A DNA stretch of 64,000 nucleotides, from positions 2,603,374 to 2,667,373 of the forward strand of contig MU054220.1 in the NCBI GenBank assembly GCA_013239625.1, read 5' to 3'. Of this stretch, positions 1 through 10,100 are shown piece by piece (positions within the stretch are counted from its first letter, which is position 1; the number at the start of each line of letters is the position of its first letter). The position numbers were made by a program, and so were the translations under genes. This stretch comes from Lama guanicoe (taxonomy: Eukaryota). The notes beneath the pieces were generated by a model, which did not search any database, had not been told where the DNA came from, and worked only from the letters and a program-made list of their open reading frames with translations.

Positions 1-270
1 TTTTCTGAGGTAGAGACTGGAGGATGACTCGTTAGGAAGCTATTTCACAAATTTGGTTGAGTAATGAAGAGAGCCTGCATCAGGGCTGTGGTAGGGGGGA
101 AGAGAGACTAGGAGATAGTTTGTAGAGAGATTTTGGTGGTAGATCTGACAGAACTTGGCAACCGAGTGACTGAGGGAGGTTGAGCAAGGACAAGATGTAG
201 GGGGTTAAATATGGTTAAATATGACCCTAAGTCCATATGCTTGTGCTAGAAATCTGGAGGAGTACCAGGA
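1..270 (-). mobile_element. Ancient LINE-2 (L2) fragment
   Basis: Purine-rich text resembling the L2 reverse strand (gttaggaagctatt..., gacagaacttggcaac...); heavily degenerate, boundaries approximate. Confidence 0.55.
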
Positions 271-319
271 AAGCAAGTTTTGGGCGTGAGAGGAAAAAAC
301 AACTAGCCACCGTCCTCAG

Positions 320-640
320 CCTGGTCCACAACGGACTTCTTTGGGTCCCTTGAATGACGAGGTTCTCTCTTAACTCAGGGCTTCTCTCCCTACTCCATGG
401 CACACTCCTTCATCCTCAGATCTCCAACTGGCTAATTCCTCATTTCCTCCAAGAGCCTTTCTTCACTGCCCCCACAAGCTAGGTAAGAAACTGTCTTCGA
501 TTTTCTTATAGTTTCCCATTTCTTTTCTTTACAAGACTCTCACTCAGGTCCCTCAGTCATTTCCAAGAGGGACCACGTCTGTCTTGTTTGTGGCTTCATT
601 CTCAGCACCTTGTCCAGCACCTGGCACACAGTGGGCACTC
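320..640 (+). mobile_element. L2 3' end fragment
   Basis: Ends in the typical L2 tail-proximal motif ccagcacctggcacacagtgggcactca. Confidence 0.55.
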
Positions 641-790
641 ATGCTGGATTTGAGGTATTCAACAGTTGTCACTGGAAATAGGAGTTGGCCAATAGTTTTT
701 ATCAGGGCCCATTCAGATGTGATGCAAAGCAATGAGGTCAGCATGGGGATGGGTTATGTGATCCTTTTATAGGACTGGATTACTCTAGAC

Positions 791-1024
791 CAGTGGTCCT
801 CAATCAGGGGCGATTTTCTCAACCAAGGACATTTGGCATGTCTAGAGATATTGTTGGTAATCCTGACTGTGTGTGTGTGTGTGTGCGCGTGCGCGCGCAC
901 TACTGCATGTAGTGGGTAGAAGCCAAGGATACTGCTAAACATCCTACAATGAACTAAACAGTACCCCCCCAACAAAGAATTATCCAGCCCAAAATGCCAA
1001 TTGTGCCCAAGTTGAGAAACCCTG
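791..1024 (+). mobile_element. MER20-type hAT-Charlie non-autonomous DNA transposon
   Basis: Termini cagtggtcctcaa...ttgagaaaccctg; internal ggacatttggca and gatactgctaaacatcctacaatg motifs; 8-bp TSD-like flanks ctctagac (783-790) and gtctagag (1025-1032). Confidence 0.85.
868..900. repeat. (TG)n/(CG)n alternating purine-pyrimidine microsatellite
   Basis: tgtgtgtgtgtgtgtgtgcgcgtgcgcgcgcac read directly, inside MER20. Confidence 0.9.
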
Positions 1025-2229
1025 GTCTAGAGATGAGTGAGCTAACTGGATGGCCAAGAGCTCACTGGGCAAACTGGCTGCTACGACCCAATTGAGGAAG
1101 AGCAAGAGAAGCTTAGTGGCTGTCACAAGAAATATGGACTTGTGATGTGCAGCCAGGAACCACCTTGGATCGGTCTCAGTCAAAAGCCCAACACCTTGGG
1201 TAGTTTCTCCCTAACTCAACTCCCAGCGGTAAGCCCAGGAGGCCCAGCCTGGCACTCGCCTCTCTCTGACTCACTCCATTGGGTTTCTCTTGCTTTTTGG
1301 TGGAAGCGGCCACCACACACTCTTCCCACCCCATCTGCCTCACTGATTATTTTCAGCTTGGCTTGCAGAGGCCCAACGCTGCAATTACACCCCAACCTCA
1401 ATGGCTCCTTCTGAAAATAACATTTGGGTCGAAGAAAACCTCAGTCTGGTGGGCTGGATTTTATACTAAACAGTTAAAGAGTGGGTGTGGGCATGGGGGC
1501 AGGGGTGGGGACAAGGGAGTGGCACAATGGTACAATTAAGAGAAGAATCTGGAAGAAAGGGGAGGAATAGGAAGAGGAGAGAAGGAAGGGGTGGTGGTAA
1601 GGGCTGTTGCAGAGAGAAAATATGTCTATGGGGCAGGGGTCAGCCATCTTCTCGAAGTCTTATGCCAAGTCTCCATTTAAGCCCCTAATTGAAGGTTTTG
1701 TTTGCCGAAATAACTCACCCCTACCCCCAGTCATTGAGGCCTGGGAAATTTATATCTGCCTGGGGCCAGAAGAGTTAGTCTATGGGCATACCAATCTTTA
1801 TCCAAGCTAGTGACCAGATTTTCCAACCCTGAAATGGGAGCCACATGGCTTGACATAGGATTTTTGTTCTAGTTCCAGGACAGCACGGCAGTCTGGGAAA
1901 TGTAGTTTTGATGCTGATAGGTGGAATTTCAAGCAATTCCATGGTCAGTGGAGGAGATAAGATAGGATCTTCAAAGGAGGGCTTCCTAGGGAAATCAGAG
2001 ATTTATGGGCTACTTTGGTTCAGAGAAGAGAAGAAAGGTCTAGAAATGAGAAGCTCCATCCCTCCCAGGGGATGGGGGAGGGGAGATATAGGAAGTGAGA
2101 AGAGAAAGACTTGGAAGCACCTTTTGGATTCCCAAGGAGGCAGAGATACAAAGGCTGTATAAGGTGAGATTTGGGAAAACAGGTAAAAAAAAAAAAACAA
2201 ACCCACATATTAGGGAAAAATTCAGTTCT

Positions 2230-2510
2230 GCAGGCAGCCAGACTTGAGTTCAAATCTCAGCTATGCTACCCACCTGGGTGATCTCCAGCGGTAACTTAGC
2301 CTCTTTCTAGGCCAGCAGTATAGGTCCAGAGTCAGGCTAGTAGTTTGCATCCTGGCTGAGACCTTAGGCAAGTTACTTAACCTCTCAGTGGCTCACTTTC
2401 CTTCTCTGTAAAATGTAAACAACACCCCATCTTCTAAGATGTCATGAAGACTTAGAATCTTAGTGCCTGCCACACTGGCAATCACTCAACATGTGTTAGC
2501 TATTATTATC
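2230..2510 (+). mobile_element. MIR SINE fragments
   Basis: MIR core gaccttaggcaagttacttaacctctcagtg...ctgtaaaatg and tail gttagctattatta. Confidence 0.7.
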
Positions 2511-2534
2511 TCTGTAATTTTTCTTCAAATGTAG

Positions 2535-2815
2535 TAGACAAGAAACTTTTAACTAACATATACATTTTTATTTGAATAGTTATGAGTTTATTTTCAAGTG
2601 TATTAAAATATACGATTAGCTCATCAAAGCTGTGGTTTCGCTAATGCTGTTGCTTAGGGCAAGGCTATGTAGAAAAAGGGAATCGATTTAAAGTTAATTT
2701 AAAAAATAAGGGGAGTTAATAAAAGTCAATTTAAAATATATAATATAGGAGGAATATGGGTATGGAAGAAAGTAATGCAGGCAATACCTAAATGGCTCAA
2801 CAATTTGGAAAATAA
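2535..2815. mobile_element. hAT-Charlie DNA transposon relic (MER113-like)
   Basis: ttagctcatcaaagctgtggtttc...gcttagggcaaggct...aatttggaaaa resembles the MER113 consensus as remembered. Confidence 0.5.
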
Positions 2816-2959
2816 TCCACGATGCCATGTTCCTTTCTGCTTATAAAACCTTCTAAGGCACATGGGTGGAGAAATGAAGCAGAAAAGATACTGATCTAGA
2901 TGCTATCAAAGTTGGCCTCTTTTCCTCTCTGTCACCACTCCCTTTTTGAGAAATTGATA

Positions 2960-3500
2960 GGAGGGCCCCGGCTAGCGAGGCCTGCCGCCCTAGCCAGCTT
3001 TGGAAACCTGAGCATTGGGGGGGCGGGGTGACGGCTCGGGGAAGGGAGGCCGAATCCAAAGGCCCAGCTCTGGAAACCAAAAGCCAACTCTCCAACTTCG
3101 CTCTCCCGTCGCGTTTAGGGCGATTCAGGCCTCTCTGATTTTTTTGGATCACTGGGTCAATCAGTCAGCCAATGCCTCGGGAGAAGTTTAATTAAGCTCA
3201 GATCGCCGGCGCAAGCTGCCAAAGGTCTTCCCGCCCGCCCCGCCCCCAGCAGCACATCTGGTGAAAAGCTTCTCCCCCCGCCGGGCCCGGCGGGCCGCAG
3301 TCCGCGCATGCGCACCGGCAGGGCGCCTAGCGCCCCGCAGCAGGCTCGGCTCCCAGAACAGCGTTGCAAACTGTTGCATCAGACAGCAAGCAGCCGGCCG
3401 GGCCGCCAGGGTTTCTAGGAAGATAGGAAGGGTTTGAGATCCTCTCTGGTCGCTTGGGAGCGTTGGCCGTCACTCAGAGTGTTTACATACTTGGTAACAC
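2960..3500. promoter_or_regulatory. CpG island / promoter-like element 1
   Basis: High GC and CpG; GC boxes (ggggcgggg near 3020, ccgccc 3230-3246); CCAAT 3169-3173; NRF1 palindrome GCGCATGCGC 3304-3313. Confidence 0.75.
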
Positions 3501-6099
3501 GATCCCCTGAAATCTCAAGTTTGCGCCAGTCCAGAGAGGGATTTAGCCACAGGTGAAATTCTCTGAATTTCGTTGCTCCTGCCCCTACCCCAAGGTCCCG
3601 GGCTGGACCCACCGAACTGGACTCGGTCTGCTTTACTAAGGGCATGGACCCTGAAGGAATGAGCCGAGTTTGATTTCGCTTACCAAGTACAAGTATGCCC
3701 CTGAGGAATTGCTCACTCAGTGAAAGTGCAAAATTAATTTCCCCAGACAAGTCCTGTTGCCGGTTCCCAAAAGGGCTTGGAAAGATCCCAGCAGGAATGT
3801 TCAGTGGTTTCCAAATCTCTTCACCCGAGCAGCTGGACACGCAGACACAGACCACCAAAAACTTCTTGATGGGTGGACACACGTCCTTCTTCACAGATAG
3901 GCTATCTTTTGGCGCATCTCAGGCCCCATGTTATGGAGACATTGGACATTAGCCAGGGAATGCATAACCGTGAACTCAGTGCAGACACAACGCACGTATG
4001 CGGTTTTCTAGATTCAAACGGTAATGGAAAAGTCCCCCTTACTCTCCCTCATTCTTCTGGTCTCTGGGCCACTGCCTTCCTCCAGGGGAGAGAAAATAAT
4101 GCTGTATCTAAAAGGGGTGGGACAGTCTTGGGGGTGGGATATTCAAGAATGAGTACTGATTTGGAATCTACTTTCTAAAAGGATTTCCAGGGACACAATC
4201 TGAATCCTACTGTTCAGTCGTCCTTTTTTTTTGGAATGGGTTAAAACCAAGATTAATGGATTTTCCAAAAAGACAAAAATTGGCAATTTACCTTAAGCAT
4301 TCTGTCTTTGCTAGGGTGTTGATGGTGAAAATCTATTCCCTTGACAGCTAAAACAGGCCTAGTGTTCTTCCTTCCCCTCATTATTATGAATCATTTCATC
4401 CCAAGATTCAATTAAAAAAATGACCCAAAAGACTCATAACCATTATCCTACACATCCCTTTGCCAGATGGTCACTGTTGTTTGTTTAAGCCAACATTTTC
4501 TTTTGGACAGTGGGGTGTTGTGGCACTATGGGATTTTGCATCACAATAGATGTTTCATAAATCTGGCCGGAGCTATTTTGGTCAACAGTGATCTTATAAA
4601 TTGAAGGAATGACAACTAGAAAAGGACGAGAAGGAGTGCGGGTAAGTGCTGGACCTGGAGCATTTCTGGGCCCTGCTTCTGAAGGTCTGTCAGGACCTAA
4701 ACCTTCTACCAAAGGGGTGTCACCACCGTGTTGTCTGGAGTCACAGGCTGTGACCTCAGGGAGCTGCTAGGTGCTGACAGAATGTCAGAGATGTCTGAGC
4801 CACAGTCCTCACCTGGAGAAGTGAGTCTTTCACTACAGTGGGGCTTCTCCAGGCATGGACGTTGGAGCCATGAGGTCAGAAGCCAGGTGGGCATGGGAGA
4901 CAGTAAGCTTCTGAGCTCATGTTAGGTTCTCTGCTGTGCCACTAGGACCTACACATACTGGGCCACCGATGCATGTTTGTAGAATGAATACACTGAAAGA
5001 ATGAGAGAAGCAGCAGAGAGAGGAAAGGTCAAAAAACTCCAAGAATTTTGCAAGAGGCAGCCTAGGAGGTTCAGGGCTCTCTTGTGTTGGCAGAGAGCGG
5101 AATCCTTCTAGTTCAAAGACACAGGGAAAGAGAGTCAGGACTATTAAGTGATAAATCTCATGAAGTCCCTTCTGCTCTGGTTTCTTTGTTTGGAAAAACC
5201 TCCAGTTGGTGATTCCAGAGTTGGCCAGTCAATCTCTTCCACCAAACCTAGTGACATCATCCACCATTGCCTCACCTTGACTGAATTCCCAGAGCAAACT
5301 TCTGGAAAAGTAAGGGGTCTGAGGGAGGGTGTGTGACTGAGATCCAGAGGACAGGAAAATCCCCCAGAAGCCATCCTTTAAAGCCATAAGCAAAGTGTTG
5401 GCCCAGATGATTAGATGATGCTGACAGATACTTAAAGTATGATTTGTTCCCCACACTGGGGACACTTACAAGTTCTCGACACTATACTGAGCCCAAACCC
5501 AGACAAAGCTCCCGTTCTAAAGCCTTGTGATCTAAATTCCTTGTGGAAAGTCTGTCTTTGAAATGTTTAAGGCACCTCATTTAATCCTCATTTCCACTTC
5601 AAGTCATGTACCTCCTTCCTGAGAAATCCACCACATTTGAAGTTTGTAGCTGGCCCTCCTGTTTTTTGCTATTTACGTGCCAATTTAAAGGGTGGAGAGA
5701 GCCACATTAGTTTTAAAATAAAACACAAATAGCAAAATGAGGCTTGGTTAAAGTAAAAAACCACAGAAAGGATTTTTTTTCCCCTCTCATACTTTTCAGA
5801 TTTTCCTAGAACCACCTTTATTTCCTCAGAGCCCAGACATAGAAAGTGAGTGGGCCTCTCCAGATGCTCTTCCAAGGGAAAGCTAAACGCCTCATTCCTA
5901 TTCTCCTCTCATTGCACCTTGAGGATTTGTTTTTCTTTTTTAGACAATCAAGTCCCAGCTTGAGGCTTGGAAAGCTATTGAAGCCCCTGATTCACATGTG
6001 GTATTTCTGAGCACTCTTAGGGTAGATATTTGTTTTTGCATGGCTTGTAGCTTACCTCTTCTGTTCAGCTGTATCAGCTTGTACATTCTCGATGATGGG

Positions 6100-6280
6100 G
6101 ATATGGCTTTAAAGTCAGATACCCCTGGTGGAGTCCCAGCCTTGCTACTTACCAGTCTTGTGACCTCATTTGTCAAATGACAATTATGATGCATAATTCT
6201 CAGGGCTGTAGTGAGGATTAAGGGCTGTAGTGAGGATTAAGGAGTCAAGACACAGCACTTAATATTCTATGGTTATTATA
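6100..6280 (+). mobile_element. MIR fragment with an internal 19-bp tandem duplication
   Basis: cccagccttgctacttaccagtcttgtgacc; agggctgtagtgaggatta occurs twice (6202-6220, 6221-6239). Confidence 0.6.
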
Positions 6281-6629
6281 AAAATAGATAATTTTATCCA
6301 TGTGCGCCTTTCTTAACCAATCTTCTATTTTGAGGAAGGACAGAAAGTTAGTTCCTGTTCCAATGGATGGTTTTTGCCCATTTTGCATCACCAAAGGGTC
6401 TATGAGAAGGGGAGACGAGGCGAGTTTGACTTGCAGACACACTCGGACCTTTTAATGGGATGGGATCAGTGTTCTTTCCTCTCAAGTGGTGACCAAACCA
6501 GCAGGGTTGGGACAGGGGAAGCCTTGATGACCCGGCAGGAGCACAGAAGGTGGGGAAGAGTGGTTAGGAAAAGCAGGCTCAGGGTTGAGGTGAGGGACCA
6601 GATGGGGTGCCAGCCACCAAGAAAGAAAG

Positions 6630-7090
6630 GTTCCCGCTTCGGGGTTCGGAGTCTACGCGAATGCAGGCGGCTGCCAGCCCGCCCTCGGGGTCTGGTGACC
6701 GTGGGACCCGATTTGCGTGCGGCAGCGCCCTCTGCCGGCCTCACGGGGCAACCCAACAGCCCCGACGCTCTGCAGGTGGGACCCGGGATCCCTCGCGCTG
6801 CCTCCGCCCCCGCTCCATCCCTTCCGAGGACCGCGCTGCCCGGTCCCCGACCAGATTTCGGGAGACGCATCCCTCCCGACGCCTGCGGTCTTAGCAGAGA
6901 CGATGCTGGGAAACATCCGATTCACCCGGGATCGGAGGCTGCGGGAACCCACCCAAACCCCGCAGAGGCTGCGCCTCTTGGGGCCCCGGGCCAAAGCCTG
7001 CAGGGCTATCGGAGGCGGTTTGAAAGTGGCATCGCCTATGGCCAAGACCGCGGGTTCTGCGGACAGAGAGGAGCCCTGGGTTCGCTTTCT
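6630..7090. promoter_or_regulatory. CpG island 2
   Basis: Dense CpG and high GC content; no recognisable coding exon. Confidence 0.7.
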
Positions 7091-7435
7091 GTCTCATCCA
7101 TTTTCCAGCTAGGTGACCTTGGGCAAGGTACTTAAATTTACATGTGCCTTAGTTTCCTCATCTTTAAGATGGAGAAAATGATCCCGACCTTAGTGGGTTG
7201 TCGTGACGAATACATGGGATCAGACAGCCTGGGTTGGAATTCTGGCACTGACAACAGCTAGCTGTGTGCCTGGGGCAAGTTACTTAACCTCTCTGTGCCC
7301 TGGTTTCCTGCAAAATAGGGATAATAACGGTACTTACCTCCGAGGGTTGTTGCCTGCAAAGCGCTTAACACAGTGCCTGGCACAGAGTAAGCGCTCAATA
7401 AATGGTGGCTATTGTGGTTGTTGTCGTTATTATTG
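7070..7435 (+). mobile_element. Two adjacent MIR SINEs separating CpG islands 2 and 3
   Basis: Two MIR cores (gtgaccttgggcaag...agtttcctcatct; gggcaagttacttaacctctctgtgcc) and tail acagtgcctggcacagagtaagcgctcaataaatg. Confidence 0.8.
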
Positions 7436-7539
7436 TTCTTAAGACCGCTGAGCACACGAGCAGAACTCTAAGCTGGCGGCTATTATTAGTTTCTTTCTTG
7501 GGTCCAGCTTTTTCTTTCCGGCCATTGTTAAAATCTTTT

Positions 7540-8055
7540 ACCAGGCGCTCGCGTCCTTATCAGTAGCCGAAGGACAGCCGGCCTTCCCGAGTTTGGAAAA
7601 TCGAGGTTCTCCTGGAGGAGGGCCAAAAACGCGGCCGCGGGCTGTAAAGACCGGGACCTCCCGGGAGGACGCCCGCGCCACGCCACCTCCGCCCGTGCCT
7701 ACATTAGCGCGTCAGAGCCGCAGTGACGTCGCCAGGTCCGCAGGCGGTGGGGAGGCGCGGCCTGGACACGCAGGGGGACTGGGGTGGCGGGGATGGCCGG
7801 AGTGGCCGGGCCGCGCGCCTGCCCTGCTGTCCCCGGCGGCTGCGGGAAGGCCCTGCCCTGGGCTGGCTCTCCAGCGCCTGCCCGCGTCTGGCGCACTCGG
7901 GCTCCGCCTGAAGCCCCGCGGGGAGGCGGGAGATGCCGTCGCCGGCCCCGGCCCCCGCCCAGCCCTGCGCGGGGCTGACCTCCCCGCGGCCTCTCAGCGT
8001 CTGCGTGGTCCTTCCCCTCCCGTCCTCTCTTCCCCGCATCCGCCCCGCCCCAATC
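7540..8055. promoter_or_regulatory. CpG island 3 / promoter-like element
   Basis: Very high GC and CpG; TGACGTC CRE core 7724-7730, half-CRE CGTCA 7710-7714, several GC boxes. Confidence 0.75.
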
Positions 8056-8199
8056 TCATTCCTTCTCATCCCCAGCGACCCACTCAGTTTCTTCTTCCTC
8101 TACCCTCCTTCTGGACCAACTCATTTGCTGTGAGTGGTTAATAACTACCCACAGGAGGCGCCTCCCACTTCCAGCTCCATCTGCAGCCCTTGGCGCGCC

Positions 8200-9130
8200 C
8201 ATCTCTTAGCGGGCCGGACAGTTCCACTTGGCTTGCCCTGCACTCGCCTCCAACTCTCCGCGTCTTGCTCCTGTAATTGTCTATCTCAGTGATGACACTA
8301 CTGCCCACCCTATCATCCCAGACGCCTCTTCAGGCACTCTCCATTTCTTCATCCTAATTCCAGCCAGCCTGGTTTAGGTGGCCCTCTCCCATTGGCTATT
8401 AACATACTCCCCTCAAAGATCTCCCTGCTGCGCTCCTGCCTCCTTCAAATCCACCCTCCACACACCGCTAGAATGAGCTACAGTCGTGTCTGGCCATGCC
8501 TTTCTTTGCTGAAGGCTGCCTAGCCTGGGATCTCAAGCCCTCTCTGTGGTCAGGGACACTCTCATCTGACATTTTCTGTCTGACACCTTTCAGAGCTAGT
8601 CCTGGGTGTTGGACTCTGCTGGGACCACACTGTTTAAGGTCTTTAGTATCTTCACTGCTGCTGGCCCTATCAAGGAAATTTATACTTCACTCCCCCTCCT
8701 CCCCTAGTTGGCTTCCTCTTACTCATTCTCCAAAGCTCAAGATGTGAGTCACCTCTTCAAGAATGCCTTCCCTGTTCTACATCTGGCTGAGTAAATTGTT
8801 TCTGGGCCCCCAAAGCTTTCCATCCCTGCCGCTTTAGTCGTATTTGGCATAAAGGCCTGACCTTTCAAGGTGGCCTATGAGGCCCTGCATGGTCTGTGCT
8901 CCATCCCCCACCCCCAACTCCAGCCTCTTTCTCCCTCTGCTCTGGCCACCCTGGGGGACCTGGTTCCTAGTCTCTGTGTTCACCCTCCCACGCCAGGGTC
9001 TTTGTACAGCCTGTTCTCTCTGCCTGGTGTACCTTTCTGCCCTTTCTCCCGACTCAATTTTTGGCTCTCATCCTAAGTGAGCATCATTTCCTCAGAGACA
9101 CCTTCCCTGACCCCTCCCCCACCCATCCTC
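8200..9130 (+). mobile_element. L2 fragments
   Basis: Pyrimidine-rich L2-like motifs (cttcaaatccaccctccacac; catcatttcctcagagacaccttccctgacc). Confidence 0.5.
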
Positions 9131-9199
9131 AATCCAGATTCTCCATAGATCAAAGCATTAAAAAACCACAGAGAATAATATCCTTAACACCTGTTTATT

Positions 9200-10100
9200 C
9201 TCTATCTGCCCTCCCCCCGCCAAAGTTTAATATTAGCTGTATTTTCTTCAAATCTTTAAGGACATAAAACTTTACAGATCTAGGTAGAGCTCTTGGAATC
9301 CATTTCTGCCCCTCCCCTAAGGTGCCCACTTTCCTGCATTTGGGTTTTATCATTCCCACAAATGCTTTTGTATTTTTTACTACATATGTTTGTGTGCATA
9401 GACATGTTATAGAATTGTTTGGCATGTTTGTAAACTTTGACAAAATGCCATTTACTGGATATATCATTGTGGAACTTGCTTTTTTCACTCAGCATTAGGA
9501 TTTACATTTTGGAATGTATCCACATTGATACATGTGATTCTAGATTGTACATTGCACTGCTGATTAGGGTCCCATTGGATGAGTTCACCGCACTTGACCC
9601 ATCTCCTTCTGGAGGACATTCAGTTTATTTTCACATTTTTTCTTGTTTGAAGCAATGCTGCAATTAATATATTTTTTTTGTACCCATCCCCTTGTGTGAA
9701 AGTGAAAGATACACACCCAGATAGATACTTGGGTGTGGAATTGCTAGGCTCAGGGCATGTGAATTGGCAGCTTTACTGGGCATGGCTGAACAGTTTTTCA
9801 AAGTGGTTGTACCAGTTTACACTTTGATAGCAATATATAAGATTTCCCATGCTTGGCTTCCTCAGCATCACTTGGTAATGTCAGACTTTAAAATTTTTAC
9901 CTAGCTAGTGGGTGTGAAATGGTATTCCAGTGTTTTAATTTGCAATTCCTTGTTTACAAGAGAGACTTGTTTATTGGCTATTGGCCTTTTGGCTTTTTAA
10001 AATTGCCCTTCGGTTTATTTGACAGTGCTTTTATTGGAGTATCTTTTATTCTGTGTAGGAGTTCTTTATATATTCTGGATACTAATTCTTTGTCAGGCTG
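9200..10100 (-). mobile_element. Old L1 (L1ME-like) 3' region
   Basis: tttttcaaagtggttgtaccagtttacact and gtgggtgtgaaatggtatt...ttaatttgca are reverse-strand L1 ORF2-end/3'UTR motifs. Confidence 0.75.

Noticed and set aside
3415..3952. 159-aa minus ORF and overlapping 85-aa plus ORF
   Set aside because: No recognisable homology or convincing exon structure; the minus ORF starts at GTG
6202..6239. Small tandem duplications (19 bp here; about 11 bp near 203, 13618 and 26681; 16 bp near 51458)
   Set aside because: Two-copy slippage events inside old repeats; common, and not a CRISPR-like or functional array
6374..7135. Longest ORF (253 aa, +) and overlapping 95-134 aa ORFs on both strands
   Set aside because: Arg/Pro/Gly/Ala-rich, non-ATG start, open in several frames because GC-rich islands lack stops, runs into a MIR, and resembles no protein I know
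7593..8141. 182-aa ORF in CpG island 3
   Set aside because: Low-complexity translation typical of GC-rich DNA; non-ATG start; no domain features
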